This document shows, one piece after another, positions 1-11,614 of a stretch of 64,000 bases of DNA. How positions within the stretch are numbered: the first letter of the stretch is position 1; each line of letters starts with the position of its first letter. The stretch is taken from contig JAPETS010000019.1 of assembly GCA_026023565.1 (NCBI GenBank), forward strand, positions 62,001 through 126,000, given 5' to 3'. The position numbers and the translations under genes were made by a program. The DNA is from Cirrosporium novae-zelandiae. Taxonomy: Eukaryota. Under the pieces are notes generated by a model. The model ran no database searches. It had not been told where the DNA came from and worked only from the letters and a program-made list of their open reading frames with translations.

Positions 1-221
1 ACATTCTCATATATATACTATCATAGACCGATAGCCTAGATATATTACAACGGAATCAATCAATCAATCAATCAAGTACACCTACAGTAGTAGCAGCGAG
101 AGAAATAGGATAGATTAAGAGAAATCCAAGGCGAGGCATTGCTCGACACAGATTAGATCTAGGAATTCGGAGACGGGTTGAATATTCACTCAGAGAAGAC
201 ACTCTTAATTGAGTCGCGCAA

Positions 222-618
222 AATTCCGAGTGGATATTCCAATTAAAAGCCGAATGTGGACCACTAAAAACTTGATGAGTATTGAAAAGGAGTACAAAAT
301 CATGTGTGCAGAGGGTGGAATTCCGTCTGATCCAAGCTCTCATGCGGAATTACGACCCACCTAATTCCGAGCTTCTATCCATGTATCCAATTGCCTACGT
401 CGTTTTGGGATGGCCAATTCCGAGGATATAAAATAAAAGGGACCATGAAACTTAGAGAGTGGCTAAGACATCGTTTGACAATTAATTGAACCCTAGACTC
501 GCGTTTATCTATTCTAATAGGACAAAACCAACGTTTTGTATTTTGTATTGGGAGTGTCTCGAGATTCTATTATCTTGAGATGTGTACCCACATCATGTTT
601 CCTACGAAGAAAATTCCG
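222..618. promoter_or_regulatory. Cluster of six AATTCCG/CGGAATT motifs (candidate Zn2Cys6 CGG half-sites) upstream of the CocE/NonD gene
   Basis: AATTCCG at 222, 319, 363, 416 and 612; CGGAATT at 345; near-matches at 51 and 164; a further copy at 3309 upstream of the TF gene. Function is inferred. Confidence 0.55.
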
Positions 619-840
619 TGATTATATATTTTTTAAAACGTATATTTTCTTCCCCCCTAGATATGTTCCATATGGCTACAACTAGGTTTAAATAGCAAGT
701 CAGCCCACTTGTCGATCTAATTTCTCCTGTTTCCTTTTATATTCCATACCTTAGGTTCTTGTTCTTTCACTGCAACTTATAAGATCTCTATTGCTTTCCC
801 CCTCTTTCTCTTTCGTTTTAGATCTCTTCAATCTTCAAAG

Positions 841-2778
841 ATGGAGAGCATTCCTATCTCCCCAAGTGCCGTAACCTCTGAAGCGTCGCTAGCTAATACC
901 AGCTACGTAGCCCTTCCAGAAAAGGCCACCATCGTCAATGGTACCCTGAAGATCTACGGCAATGACGCATATCCTGTCCCTTACCGGCGTGCACTCGCCC
1001 TTGATGCTGCCCGTGCTCGCTACCCTGGCTTTAATCAAACTACCTATTACCTCAAGAGTGGAACTCTTCGCCTCAAAGGTGCCAAGCCGTTATCATGCGA
1101 CATCATTTTCGAGCGTGACGTTGCTATGACATTGCGCGATGGAACTATTATATATACCGATATCTTCCGCCCTACTGGATCCCAGAAGGTACCCGCTATT
1201 GTCGCTTGGTCTCCCTACGGTAAGGAAGTTGGCGGTCAACGGTTGGATGATCTACCCAGGCGCTTTGGTGTTGCCGTCGACGCTGCTTCTGACCTTGAAA
1301 AGTTCGAGGCTGCAGATCCAGCCTATTGGGTTGCTCAGGGTTATGCAATTATCAACCCTGATTCCCGTGGCTCTGGTATGTCTGAGGGCAACATAACTTA
1401 TTGGGGTCGTCAGCTTGCGGAAGATGGCTATGACTTTATTGAGTGGACTGCCCAGCAGGCATGGAGCAACGGAAAGGTTGGCATGTCCGGTAACTCCTGG
1501 CTTGCTATCTCACAATGGTTCATTGCAGCTGAGCAGCCCCCTCATTTAGCTGCTATTGCTCCCTGGGAAGGTCTCACTGATCTTTACCGCGATGTTACCA
1601 ACAGAGGTGGCATCCCAGCTCCTGCCTTCGAGGAAATGATCATGGCAACCTTAAGCGGTAATAATCTAATCGAGGATCGAGCTCGTATGATCATAAAGGA
1701 GCCAATTATTTCCCCTTATTGGCAAGATAAGATCGCTCAACTCTCCAAGATTAAGGTTCCCGCCTATATTGTGGCTAGCTACACCAACGTGCTTCATACC
1801 CACGGCTCCTTTCAGGCCTTCCGCGATATCAGTTCCACTCATAAATGGCTCCGCGTCCACAACACAAATGAATGGCCTGACTACTATGACTCCGCTCACG
1901 TCCAGGACTTGAACAAATTCTTCGATTGCTATCTTAAGAATATTGATAACGGTTGGAAGGAGACTCCTACTGTTCGACTCGCAGTGCTTGATCCTGGTCA
2001 TGAAGATCAGCTTAATATTCCTGAACTTACCTGGCCTCTCCCTGGACTTCAGAATAAGGCCCTCTACCTTGAATCGACGGGCATACTGGGAAACAGCAAT
2101 CCCGGCAGTACTTCTTCCCTCTCGTATACGATTAGTAGTAACTCCAGCTCCCTCTCCTTTAGCTACACTGTTAGCGACAGCTTTGATTTGATCGGATATT
2201 CCAAAGTTCGCCTCTGGGTTGAAGCGAATGGCTCTGACGACATAGAGTGTGAAGTTACCGTTCAGAAGACTGATACCGATGGCAAACCCTACGTTCCTGC
2301 CGATGGTACCGAGAGCTCTAGCACCGTCTCTGCCTCTGGAAAGCTTCGTGTCTCTATGCGCAATCTCGACTCGAACAAATCCACAGCCCTCGAGCCATAT
2401 CTCACTTTTGACCGTGAGGAACTTCTGACTCCTGGCGAGATTGTACCCATTGATATTTCTCTATGGCCTATAGCTCTGCGCTTCCACCCTGGTGAGCATA
2501 TACTTCTTAGTATTTCCGCCGTAAAGCCTGAATCTACTATGGCGGACCTTGGATTTGGTACTGCGACTGTCCCCATTCCTACTGCTGGTGGCACATTTCC
2601 TCAGGGAGCTAGTGTTTCTCTACTCGAGCTCGGTGGTTCCAAGGACTTTCCTAAATATATTAATGAGCAGAGAGTATCTACTCCCGTTAGCCGCAATAAG
2701 GGCTCTCACATCTTTCATATTGGTGGCCAGTACTCTAGTTACCTTCTTTTCCCTTACAAATCCACCGTCACTTTGTAA
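841..2778 (+). CDS. CocE/NonD family alpha/beta serine hydrolase (peptidase S15-like)
   Basis: Intronless 645-aa ORF; MTLRDGTIIYTDIFRP, WSPYGK, DSRGSGMSEG, nucleophile elbow GMSGNSWLA, C-terminal PepX_C-like region (LTPGEIVPIDISLWP...FHPGEHILLSI). Confidence 0.9.
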   Translation: MESIPISPSAVTSEASLANTSYVALPEKATIVNGTLKIYGNDAYPVPYRRALALDAARARYPGFNQTTYYLKSGTLRLKGAKPLSCDIIFERDVAMTLRDGTIIYTDIFRPTGSQKVPAIVAWSPYGKEVGGQRLDDLPRRFGVAVDAASDLEKFEAADPAYWVAQGYAIINPDSRGSGMSEGNITYWGRQLAEDGYDFIEWTAQQAWSNGKVGMSGNSWLAISQWFIAAEQPPHLAAIAPWEGLTDLYRDVTNRGGIPAPAFEEMIMATLSGNNLIEDRARMIIKEPIISPYWQDKIAQLSKIKVPAYIVASYTNVLHTHGSFQAFRDISSTHKWLRVHNTNEWPDYYDSAHVQDLNKFFDCYLKNIDNGWKETPTVRLAVLDPGHEDQLNIPELTWPLPGLQNKALYLESTGILGNSNPGSTSSLSYTISSNSSSLSFSYTVSDSFDLIGYSKVRLWVEANGSDDIECEVTVQKTDTDGKPYVPADGTESSSTVSASGKLRVSMRNLDSNKSTALEPYLTFDREELLTPGEIVPIDISLWPIALRFHPGEHILLSISAVKPESTMADLGFGTATVPIPTAGGTFPQGASVSLLELGGSKDFPKYINEQRVSTPVSRNKGSHIFHIGGQYSSYLLFPYKSTVTL

Positions 2779-3130
2779 AGGCCGTTGATTTGTTGCATAA
2801 CTATTCTCTGAAAGATCTGGGTTTCAGTTATCTCTAACAGGAATCATCATACTATTGCAGGAAAAATAAGTGGTTGATGGATTGTTGTTACTGGTGAATG
2901 CCTCCAGAATACTTGTATATAAATAGCAAAAGAGCAGATAACAGTTATCCATATGCTAGAGCCGCAGGCTAAGCCGAGCTAAAAAGCCAAAAAAACAGTG
3001 CGGTAGTTTTAATCTTGGGATAGTGACACCTGAAATTTATTTCCTATAGCGTTCAAAAACATAAAGGAGAAATTTAAAGGTGACTTACTGTACGAGAAAA
3101 ACTTTGCGGCTACTGTGGTTTTTCGGAGGA

Positions 3131-3194
3131 ATATCTTGATGTTTTGGAATATTCCGTGCCAAGACCAAACAGTATAGATGGCATATTTTTCATA
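3131..3194 (+). repeat. 64-bp dispersed direct repeat, copy 1
   Basis: 58/64 identical to 11986-12049 by manual alignment. Confidence 0.9.
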
Positions 3195-3841
3195 GATTTA
3201 ATGCTCGGTGTGGTGTCAGTCCATAGTACAAACTCGATTTAAAGTTCTCTTTAACGATATGAGGCAATTACTCCTGAAGATTACCTAAAGGTTTACCATA
3301 AGCGGTTAAATTCCGCGTGGAGCTCTTAATCGTACTACCGATGGTTTCGGCTGATACTACATCCACAATATTATTCTACTGTGCACAGTTGTCACGTCAG
3401 ACCTTGCTCTACCAAAAAGTAATTAAAATTATCATTATAGTGGAGATGCATACCCCTTGAACGGAAGCCACTGTAAAGGCCGTTGTGAGAGCAGTAGGTT
3501 TTCTTGCTATTTTAAAATCGCTTTCCTTCATAGGTTAATTAGGATGGATATGTGCCCCTAGATGGGGAGATTCTCCGAAAATCAGCTGTTGGACAGGATC
3601 CTCGGATGTCGGAAGATAGAAGGGCGATCAATGCCGTCGTTAAAATGAACTTCATTATCATCGTCATCGTGTGTGGTGATTCAAGTTAGTCAGAGTCAAT
3701 TATGTGGAGAGTACGGTCAACTACATTGCTACTGTTTTACTTGTCTTACTACGTTACCTGGAGCATGGTGTAGCCTTATACTTATAGGCTCTCATATTGA
3801 TCTACAGGGCCTTGGTGATGATGGTTTTCTTATTATAAACC

Positions 3842-6655
3842 ATGTACTTTTGCTCGACCTGCAGTAAGACATTCAACAGCAAAGGTTCGCTCAATCGACA
3901 TGTGAAAAACCACGGCAAGGGGAAACAGCATCTTTGCACCGTCTGCAATGTCAGCTTCCGGAGACACGACTTACTCTCCCGTCATTTGAAGATTCATGGC
4001 TGCAACGACCCCAACGGTCTACGAGGACAACAGCCATCACACATTCAAAATCGAGTTCGTTGCCACACGGCGTGTATTCCCTGCCGACAGGTACGTGTCA
4101 AATGTAATGGGCAAGCACCTTGCTCAACCTGTGTGCGGGCATCTCGGAATTGCATGTACAGTCATGATTCCAGTCGGCAAAGCCTTACGCTTCCACGCGA
4201 TCAACGCTACAATTCTGAGAACTCCCCGGCAGAGTCCTCTGATTTATCTCAAGGAATGCTACATTACCCTTCACCTGAGCAAGGAGTGCAAACCGCCTTC
4301 GATGGTGCTGATCCAACATCCACCGTCTGCCATAGTCAATTGTCCCCAGATACAAACTCACCTCCGGTCAATCAGACTCAGTTGACGGCAGTGCTCGACG
4401 ACCGAGCCACCACAATTCCAGCTCCTTACACTAGCTCTGGGCCACAGAATAGTAATATGCCGGCCCTTCCATCATCCTTGTTGGGTCATGTGCCCGAATT
4501 CCTTCACACAGATCTCGATGTCATGGATATCGATTTCTCGTTATGGCCTGGGTATGATATTGGTTGGCCATCGTTACATGAGGATATCCTTTTTCAGAAT
4601 GATTCTTGGGCCATAGCAACTGATGCTGGCCATACTGCCGTTTCTGCCCCCGGGCGTGAGAGAGAAGTTGGTAATGGAGAACCTATTGTCCCTAATCCGA
4701 GGGTTGCTCCGGGTCGAGGTCTAGAAAAGGAAGCTGTGATATCCATGTCTGGAGTTGATGCAAATGCGACCGAAACATCTCTCCTATCAAATTATGACAT
4801 CTCTGTGAATTTCGACGACCTAAGCTCAGGAGCCGCAAGTCTACTGCCGCCCAATGATGAAAATCAGCGCCAAAGCTTACGGAATCACATAGTAGGCATT
4901 CTCGTAAAGTTTGCGATGGCCGGTAAGATTCCAGTAAAGCGACCACGGAGTGGACAAGATAGATTTTGGCGAACAATATCTGGAGACATGGAGGAAGCCT
5001 TCCAGCCCCAGAGCTCACGGGTTTTGCCTGATCACTCCGAAACTTATCTCCTGAAATACTATGTCAATCTGTGTTATCAGCATTTCCATCCCCTATGGCC
5101 TCTTTTTGGTCCCACTCCTCCTGACTTCGACTCTTTTCATCCAATGCTTTATCTTACCCTGTCGTCAATTGGTGCGACGTGTCACGAGCATGAAGAGCAA
5201 CAATTTGGGTTATTGCTTCATCAGAGGGTTCGCGAAGCTCTTATGTCATCTCTATTTGATCTAGACGATCCAGAAGACGAGCTTGTAGCGCAAGGTCAAT
5301 CGATTCTTACGACCCAGGTCGCTACACTCTATCTTGGCGACAAGAGCGCTCTCGCATATGCACAACATCTTGGATGTATGTTAGTTAACCAAGCTCGCAG
5401 AATGAATCTGTTTGCTTCCATGCATCATAGACATTCTGGTTGTCATACGCAAAACAAGGGTTTCACCGATCTTAACAACCCTCTCAGATCTTGTGCTCAT
5501 GCGGAAGCGAGAAAAAGGCTTGCATTTGGAATTCTTCGGATCGATGTACTCGTGAGCATCTTGGCGGACACCAAGCCTCTGATATCGCCAGAAGAAATTA
5601 ACTTGGAGTTGCCGTGCTTCGACGCTGCCTGGTTGAATAAATTCGAGCAAGTGAAAGCATTTTCACAAAACGCGGCACCAACAACACATACGGCATCCAA
5701 AAAGTATCTTTACTCAGATTTGGTACAAATTGCTATCGACCAAGACGAAGCGCTTCCAGCTTTGCAGCCCATAGAATATGAGCTTGTCCTCTGTGGACTC
5801 CAATACTCGGTTTGGCGCTTTTGCCATGACCCCGACCTGTTTATTCGCCTAACTGGCGTCGATGGATCATCAGACTTCAATATTGAGACAGAGGATGAGA
5901 TGTTTGCACCACCACAGCATACATCTGCTGAAGCAGGTCAAGACAACGCTTCAAAAAACTTTGATTGTAGTGGTGAAACTGACGATCTCCTCGATTTTTC
6001 CCGCCGAAAGATGAATGTCCTTAGGTCGGAAAAGCATCGCATACTGTTTGCATTACGGAAATGGAAACAATCACTTTTTAGCCAGGGACGGGCAGTTGAA
6101 TCTCCGAGGGAGCGAGGTGCTACTCTTGGCAGCCTTCTTCTATACCATCTCAGCTTCATACGTCTCTATGCGCCCATGGATGACCTTCTTTCGATTGCCC
6201 TGCATCTAGACGACGATGACGACGAACACTATGACGACAAGAAACTGCTTGTGGATCGAGCCACCGTTTGGTCAAAAAAGCCCCAGGCAGATGCCACATT
6301 GCGACATGCCTGCGCCATCTGGTCATTAGTCAATAAAGAATTGAAGCGATCGCTTGACTGTCGCGCCATGTTTAACCTTTTGACACTTGCGAGTCTTCAT
6401 CGTTCTGCTATCGTGGTATGGGCATACGCTGGCACCCACAACAACGACTCCTCTCTCGCCGTTAGTCCCGACACAATCACCAGACAGCCGAGTCCAGTGC
6501 TGCTCCTCGAGAACCTACGCATCTGCCGTGAGAACACGAGAGCGCTAATTTCTAACTTTGCGACATTGATTGAACGTGTAAGCTTTTCTAAAGGGATCTG
6601 GCCATCCTTTTATCCTATCGCAAGACGGCTAGCCGACTTTCCGTTTCCACTTTGA
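3842..6655 (+). CDS. Transcription factor: two C2H2 fingers + Zn2Cys6 cluster + fungal-specific TF domain (Cmr1/Amr1-like architecture)
   Basis: CSTC...HVKNH and CTVC...HLKIH fingers; CIPCRQVRVKCNGQAPCSTCVRASRNC binuclear cluster; middle homology region (YQHFHPLWP, EARKRLAF, LELPC). Intronless, 937 aa. Confidence 0.9.
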   Translation: MYFCSTCSKTFNSKGSLNRHVKNHGKGKQHLCTVCNVSFRRHDLLSRHLKIHGCNDPNGLRGQQPSHIQNRVRCHTACIPCRQVRVKCNGQAPCSTCVRASRNCMYSHDSSRQSLTLPRDQRYNSENSPAESSDLSQGMLHYPSPEQGVQTAFDGADPTSTVCHSQLSPDTNSPPVNQTQLTAVLDDRATTIPAPYTSSGPQNSNMPALPSSLLGHVPEFLHTDLDVMDIDFSLWPGYDIGWPSLHEDILFQNDSWAIATDAGHTAVSAPGREREVGNGEPIVPNPRVAPGRGLEKEAVISMSGVDANATETSLLSNYDISVNFDDLSSGAASLLPPNDENQRQSLRNHIVGILVKFAMAGKIPVKRPRSGQDRFWRTISGDMEEAFQPQSSRVLPDHSETYLLKYYVNLCYQHFHPLWPLFGPTPPDFDSFHPMLYLTLSSIGATCHEHEEQQFGLLLHQRVREALMSSLFDLDDPEDELVAQGQSILTTQVATLYLGDKSALAYAQHLGCMLVNQARRMNLFASMHHRHSGCHTQNKGFTDLNNPLRSCAHAEARKRLAFGILRIDVLVSILADTKPLISPEEINLELPCFDAAWLNKFEQVKAFSQNAAPTTHTASKKYLYSDLVQIAIDQDEALPALQPIEYELVLCGLQYSVWRFCHDPDLFIRLTGVDGSSDFNIETEDEMFAPPQHTSAEAGQDNASKNFDCSGETDDLLDFSRRKMNVLRSEKHRILFALRKWKQSLFSQGRAVESPRERGATLGSLLLYHLSFIRLYAPMDDLLSIALHLDDDDDEHYDDKKLLVDRATVWSKKPQADATLRHACAIWSLVNKELKRSLDCRAMFNLLTLASLHRSAIVVWAYAGTHNNDSSLAVSPDTITRQPSPVLLLENLRICRENTRALISNFATLIERVSFSKGIWPSFYPIARRLADFPFPL

Positions 6656-6982
6656 AAATTATTACCCACTCTAGTGTGACTCGTCGTTAAGAATGTTCCC
6701 TTTTTATGTATCAAATATAAAGTATCGTGAAAAGGCTGTTGGGTTTCAGTTTTTTCTTCTGGTAATTGGGAATGTATGCCTAAGCTCAGGGACGATATGT
6801 GGATAATGAGTAACATGATGATGATGATATGATATATATTATATAAAATGAGGTACAATATTTCTGTTGTATGTACGGCTCCTCAGCGATACAATTTTCC
6901 CATTATTTTCTTATAGTTTCCAACAATACTAAGAAAACAGAGCTGGCCCGATCTTGGGATATAACGATGAACTGCAGCTATC

Positions 6983-8171
6983 TCAAACCTCCCTCTCTTG
7001 CAAATGATAAGGGGGGGTGATATGGTACGCTATACCATGCAACGCAGCTCCGGCAAAAGGTCCAGCCCACCAGAACCAGTGATCTATGTAAACACATTAG
7101 CACTATTTTCTCTGTTTCCAAACAATGACACAACACCCACTATCAAATCCGGTTCCCCCCCTAGCAACAGCAAAAGCAAAACACCTAGTCGGATTGACTG
7201 ACGGTCCCGGATATCCTCCATTTGCAACCGCTTTGGATCCCGCAAATGTGACAAGACCGAGGGAGAGCCCGACGAGTGCCGGACCGAGAGGACCGAAGTT
7301 TTTGACTGCTCGAGGATCAAGAGCTACACCGAAGGCTAGGACGCTTGATCCTGGATGTCAGCTGGAAGAAGAGAGTAAGAAAGGATGGAAGAGATTACAG
7401 GAGTGTGAGCGACGACATCATTTCGATGACAAACGCTTGGCCAGAGGAGAGTTCGGAAGTGGTGAGGTAGCAGCCACCTCCCTGATATCTTCAACCAAAT
7501 TATTAAAATGGGGGCTTTAGAGATGATAATACGGAACAGTTGACGCCGTGCGGTGATGGCCCCAAACTTACTTGACCGTAGTTTCCAGCCCGAAACTCTC
7601 CCTGATCAACCCACCGGAAATAGCAGAACCAAGGAGCTGTGCCAACATATAGAGAATTGCTCGTGGAAACTCGCTTAGCCCGGTTAACAGAGTCGCAAAC
7701 GTGATTAACGGGTTCAGGTGACCTCCAGATGCCGGAGATGTAGCGTAAATAAAGAGCATTAGGAGAACACTATTGCTGACGCCGACATATGCGAGTACCT
7801 GCTTTGTCCCTGTGTTGACTGTGGTGATGCCAATAAGACCCGATGTATAGCACAAGCACATCGTTCCCATAGCTTCGACAAACTGTGAATTTTCAGCATC
7901 TAGAAATTTATTTTTTAAAGTTGCAGCTCAGTAAAAATGAGATTAGATACTAGTGTTTCATTTCGGGAACACCTACAGCAGATTTCCAGATGTCTGGATC
8001 GAACCATCCTTGTGTAAGATAGAGGTACAGTTTTCTCGCAGCTCCTGCATTCGGATCCTGGCAATATACAGGTAACTGCCGTTCCCGATTCTTGGGTGCA
8101 AACGATCCTCTGAATCGTGCTCGTGCTGTTGGCTTGTGAACATGGTCGGACGACGTAGTTCCGTTCTGCAT
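6983..8171 (-). CDS. Aquaporin (MIP), X intrinsic protein (XIP) subfamily; 5 exons
   Basis: Manual splice: 8171-7977, 7882-7572, 7488-7399, 7343-7141, 7083-6983. Motifs: SGGHLNPL (box 1), loop C GGGC, FGVALDPR, SVNPTRCF (box 2), HWFWWAGP. Confidence 0.88.
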
Positions 8172-8830
8172 CTTGTTGCCCAGTAACGCGTGCAGAGTGT
8201 CAACAAAAAACTGGTTGTTTGGATATAAAAGCAGAAATGTCAAAAAAAGATGATTTCTTTTTCGGGGGAAACGAGGAACGTCGCAGCTAAGTCGTATTAG
8301 TCCAGAAACCATCCGAATTTTTGGGGGAGCATCTCAGAGCAGCCTTGATTGCCTAGTTACTGCGGATTCGTGGGGTCGTGGGGATACACTAGAGTATAAT
8401 GTCCTGCCACTATTTCCGTCTGTTAGAAGCTAATCGATCCCTGCATTTAGTATACCGCTTCCAACAAAAAGTATAATGAATCCCGAGTATCAAATCCCGA
8501 GTTTCGATCGAGATGAATAAAATTAATAGAATACCACTTTTTCCGTTCCATATAATAGCAAGAGTAGTAGTAGTAATTATTACGATGCGTTGTATATTCC
8601 ATCAAAAATGGGTCATCCATCAGCTCCAGTTGGTCTGCTGATTACGAGACTTCAACTACCACTATACCCGACACCTTCGCTAAGCCAGGTATTCTTTGAT
8701 CGAGATCCATGATCGGATATAGTGGAAGTCCCATGGCCATACTCGATGCGCATGCAACTCATAAAAGCAGTTACAATGTTGGACAACCGTATCATCCAAA
8801 TCGCTAGTGTTCGTTGACTATTTTACCACA

Positions 8831-9836
8831 ATGATTAACATCGAAGGACGATTGATTAAGCAGCTGGCCTGCGGGCGTCGAAAGGCCGAAATGACCAGCC
8901 AAGAATATTTTGCTCATCGGTTTCTTGTCCACGGCGAGTTGAGCGATGCTCCAGAGGAGTTGGATCTAAAGCCCCAGTATGTGTAACCAAAAGCTAGAGG
9001 ACATTGTTATTCATTTTCTAACTTTGGAGCCTTCGGGCTCGGTACTTGCGCAGCAAATATATCCAAACCCCTATCTTTGATGCTGCGTTTGGGGCACCAG
9101 CGAAAGGCCCCAATACGAATCATTGGTGGGCCGGTCGAGATGACGTGACGGAGTTGACGTTTAGAGATATGGACCACATGAAGAGCGTCATGACTAGCGA
9201 CCACGCTAGACAGAAGATCGGGCCTGACGGGCGCTTCTTCGCGGACTTCGACGCAGCCATCACCCTTATGGCTGTTACGGAGCCTTTATCCATTTCAACA
9301 AAAATTCAGCCGCCTGGGCCCAATGACAGGCTAGACGATGCCACAGTAGCGTTCTATTTTGTTAACTCAGCAGCAAACGAACTCGATGATGAAGGTCTCC
9401 ACGGCCGCATAGGAACCCTCCTTGTGCAGGCAATTGAGAAGCACGCCGAGGATGACGTCTACAAAGTAGAGGCGAATATTGGCTTTACATTGCCTGAGGT
9501 TTCGTGGAGTGCCCATTTTGGCGGTGCGAGCGACCTGCCTAAATTTGCTCTCGTTTACAAGTTATTTCTAAAAGATTCGACGTCGGCACCTGTGGTGCGA
9601 AAGATGCAGAAGGAATTCGAAAAGGCGGCAGGAAGTTCCATTAACTCAGGCAATTCCTTCATACTCTTTGGAGAAGAGACTCTGATCCAGGATTACAGTC
9701 GCAAGCCATATGTTCATGTAAGCTGATCACCGTCCAAAATCGTGAGGCGGGAAGATGATGCTTGGAGTACTAGCTAACCATAATTTTCTAGTTCGACCCG
9801 TCTCGACAGCGTCCTTTCACCAAGAGAGGGCCTTGA
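8831..9836 (+). CDS. EthD-domain (dimeric alpha/beta barrel) protein; 3 exons
   Basis: Exons 8831-8976, 9054-9717, 9792-9836 splice in frame. RRKAEMTSQEYFAHRFLVHG, KYIQ, DDVTELTFRDMD and PDGRFFAD fit the EthD pattern. Confidence 0.72.
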
Positions 9837-10564
9837 GTTATGGCACAGATCTGACTACATTTTCCAGACCCTTTGAGTGTATGACTACTCTCCCCTCAGG
9901 TGTGGCGAGACCTTTAGGAGGTCTTCTCGACGAGGAGCTTGGTATTCTTAACTCTCACCTTTCAGTTATTTATTAAATTAGATTGAAATAAAATAGAACG
10001 TATCTGTTATGATATATTGAAATCTGCCTACACAGCATATGAGATAGTCTCATCCACCATTGCATTATAGTTTGAAACTTTCTGTATTATACTGTTTGCT
10101 CCACACATGATTTCCTGTGCTGCAAGGTTACACAAGAGTTGGATATAGTAATCCACGAAAATTCCATCCCTCGTACTACTTCACTTTTTCAAGGTCCCTG
10201 GACCCCGTTACACTCGTGGTCAACTCGTTCACCCTCTTAGAAATTCTATATCCAGTATATTGAATAACCACCAGCCCTCTCATTCTCTGCTACTGGGTTT
10301 AAGACATCGAAGTTTACTACGAAGAGACCGGCGTTGCAAGATAATGCTATTAAAAGCGTTAGGCTACATGTTGAGCAATAATATGTATAATCATCAAAGT
10401 TGAATTGAGAGACAAGTTGCTTATGTTCATTTTCCTATATCTATTCTTATGAGGATTATTTGTGGCTTATTGTGGTCTCCAACACAAGCTAAGAAAACAC
10501 TAAATCGCAGATACTGATAGAATTGGGGTTTGACATAATCCTGATTTGCCAATTCTAAATACCT

Positions 10565-11614
10565 TCACCCTTCAAAAGGATGCTCGACGACTACCTTCTG
10601 GAAAAGAACGCCTTTCCAGGCAACTTCGTTGGCTGCCTTGATTGTACCTTTAACCCCCTTAACGAGACGCACCGGAGGGATGCGATACTTGGTCCCATAA
10701 TTTTTTACTGCCCATTCCAAAGCCTTCTGGACAACAGCAGCAAATCCTGCATTGGCCAGAGGTGCGACAATCTTCCCTTTAGGGGTCGAGATACGCCAGT
10801 TATATTCACGTGTCGCGAAAGGAGCACCATATCGAGGGTGCTCGGTAGCAGTAAAGATCTTAGCGCCAGGCTCGCAGCATTGCTCCACCAAATCAGCCGT
10901 ATGAGGAGGGCCATGCGAACCAACAGCATCGAAACCATACATGAGTTTGACGTTGGGATATTTGGTTGTCATTGTCTTTCGGATTTTTTGGACCACATCC
11001 GGTTCCTGGTAGTCAAAGCATTCTGTGGCCCCTGCCTTAATCAGCTCTTGGTGACAGATTGGCGACGCCGTAATGAAGATGGGGTGAATTCCGATTGCCG
11101 CAGCGAACTGGAGACATCCATAGCCTACGCTGCCCGCACCCCAGATCAAGAAGGGCTTGTTGATTTTTCGATCTCCGAACTCCAGAGGGAATTGGAACAT
11201 ATTGAAGATGGTGTCTGCTGCCACACGTGTAACTATTGATAAACCACTTGCATCTGGCAAAGGGAGATTTGCGGGCACGAGCATGGCCATCGGGTCCGGG
11301 CATATAAGCCAATCCTGATAGGTACCCCATTCGGGCTTCCGTCCTTCTCCAGAATCACTCGGGGTAGTACCGAAGACAGCGTCACCCTTTTTGAATTTGG
11401 AGTTGCTGCCAGCACTAGCCACAATACCGGAAAAATCATAACCAGCTACACAGTCATTTATCCCCAAGATTGTCGCGTGCTTTATATCCGCAGGATTGAT
11501 AGCATGATATGCGACCTTCACCAATATCTCGCGGTCGCCGGGAACGTATGCCGTCTTGATATGTTTGACAACCAGGTTATTGTCTTTAGCAATCCAGATT
11601 GCTGTATGCCCCAT
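10565..11614 (-). CDS. MDR-superfamily NAD(P)H oxidoreductase, enoyl-reductase-like (LovC-like)
   Basis: 349 aa; EILVKVAYHAINPADIK, GYDFSGIV, FKKGDAVFG, LIWGAGSVG, GATECFDY; no catalytic-Zn Cys motif. Confidence 0.88.
   Translation of the reverse strand: MGHTAIWIAKDNNLVVKHIKTAYVPGDREILVKVAYHAINPADIKHATILGINDCVAGYDFSGIVASAGSNSKFKKGDAVFGTTPSDSGEGRKPEWGTYQDWLICPDPMAMLVPANLPLPDASGLSIVTRVAADTIFNMFQFPLEFGDRKINKPFLIWGAGSVGYGCLQFAAAIGIHPIFITASPICHQELIKAGATECFDYQEPDVVQKIRKTMTTKYPNVKLMYGFDAVGSHGPPHTADLVEQCCEPGAKIFTATEHPRYGAPFATREYNWRISTPKGKIVAPLANAGFAAVVQKALEWAVKNYGTKYRIPPVRLVKGVKGTIKAANEVAWKGVLFQKVVVEHPFEG

Noticed and set aside
10580..11239. 219-aa plus-strand ORF and many other overlapping short ORFs
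   Set aside because: Antisense or alternate-frame shadows of real genes with no recognisable motifs.
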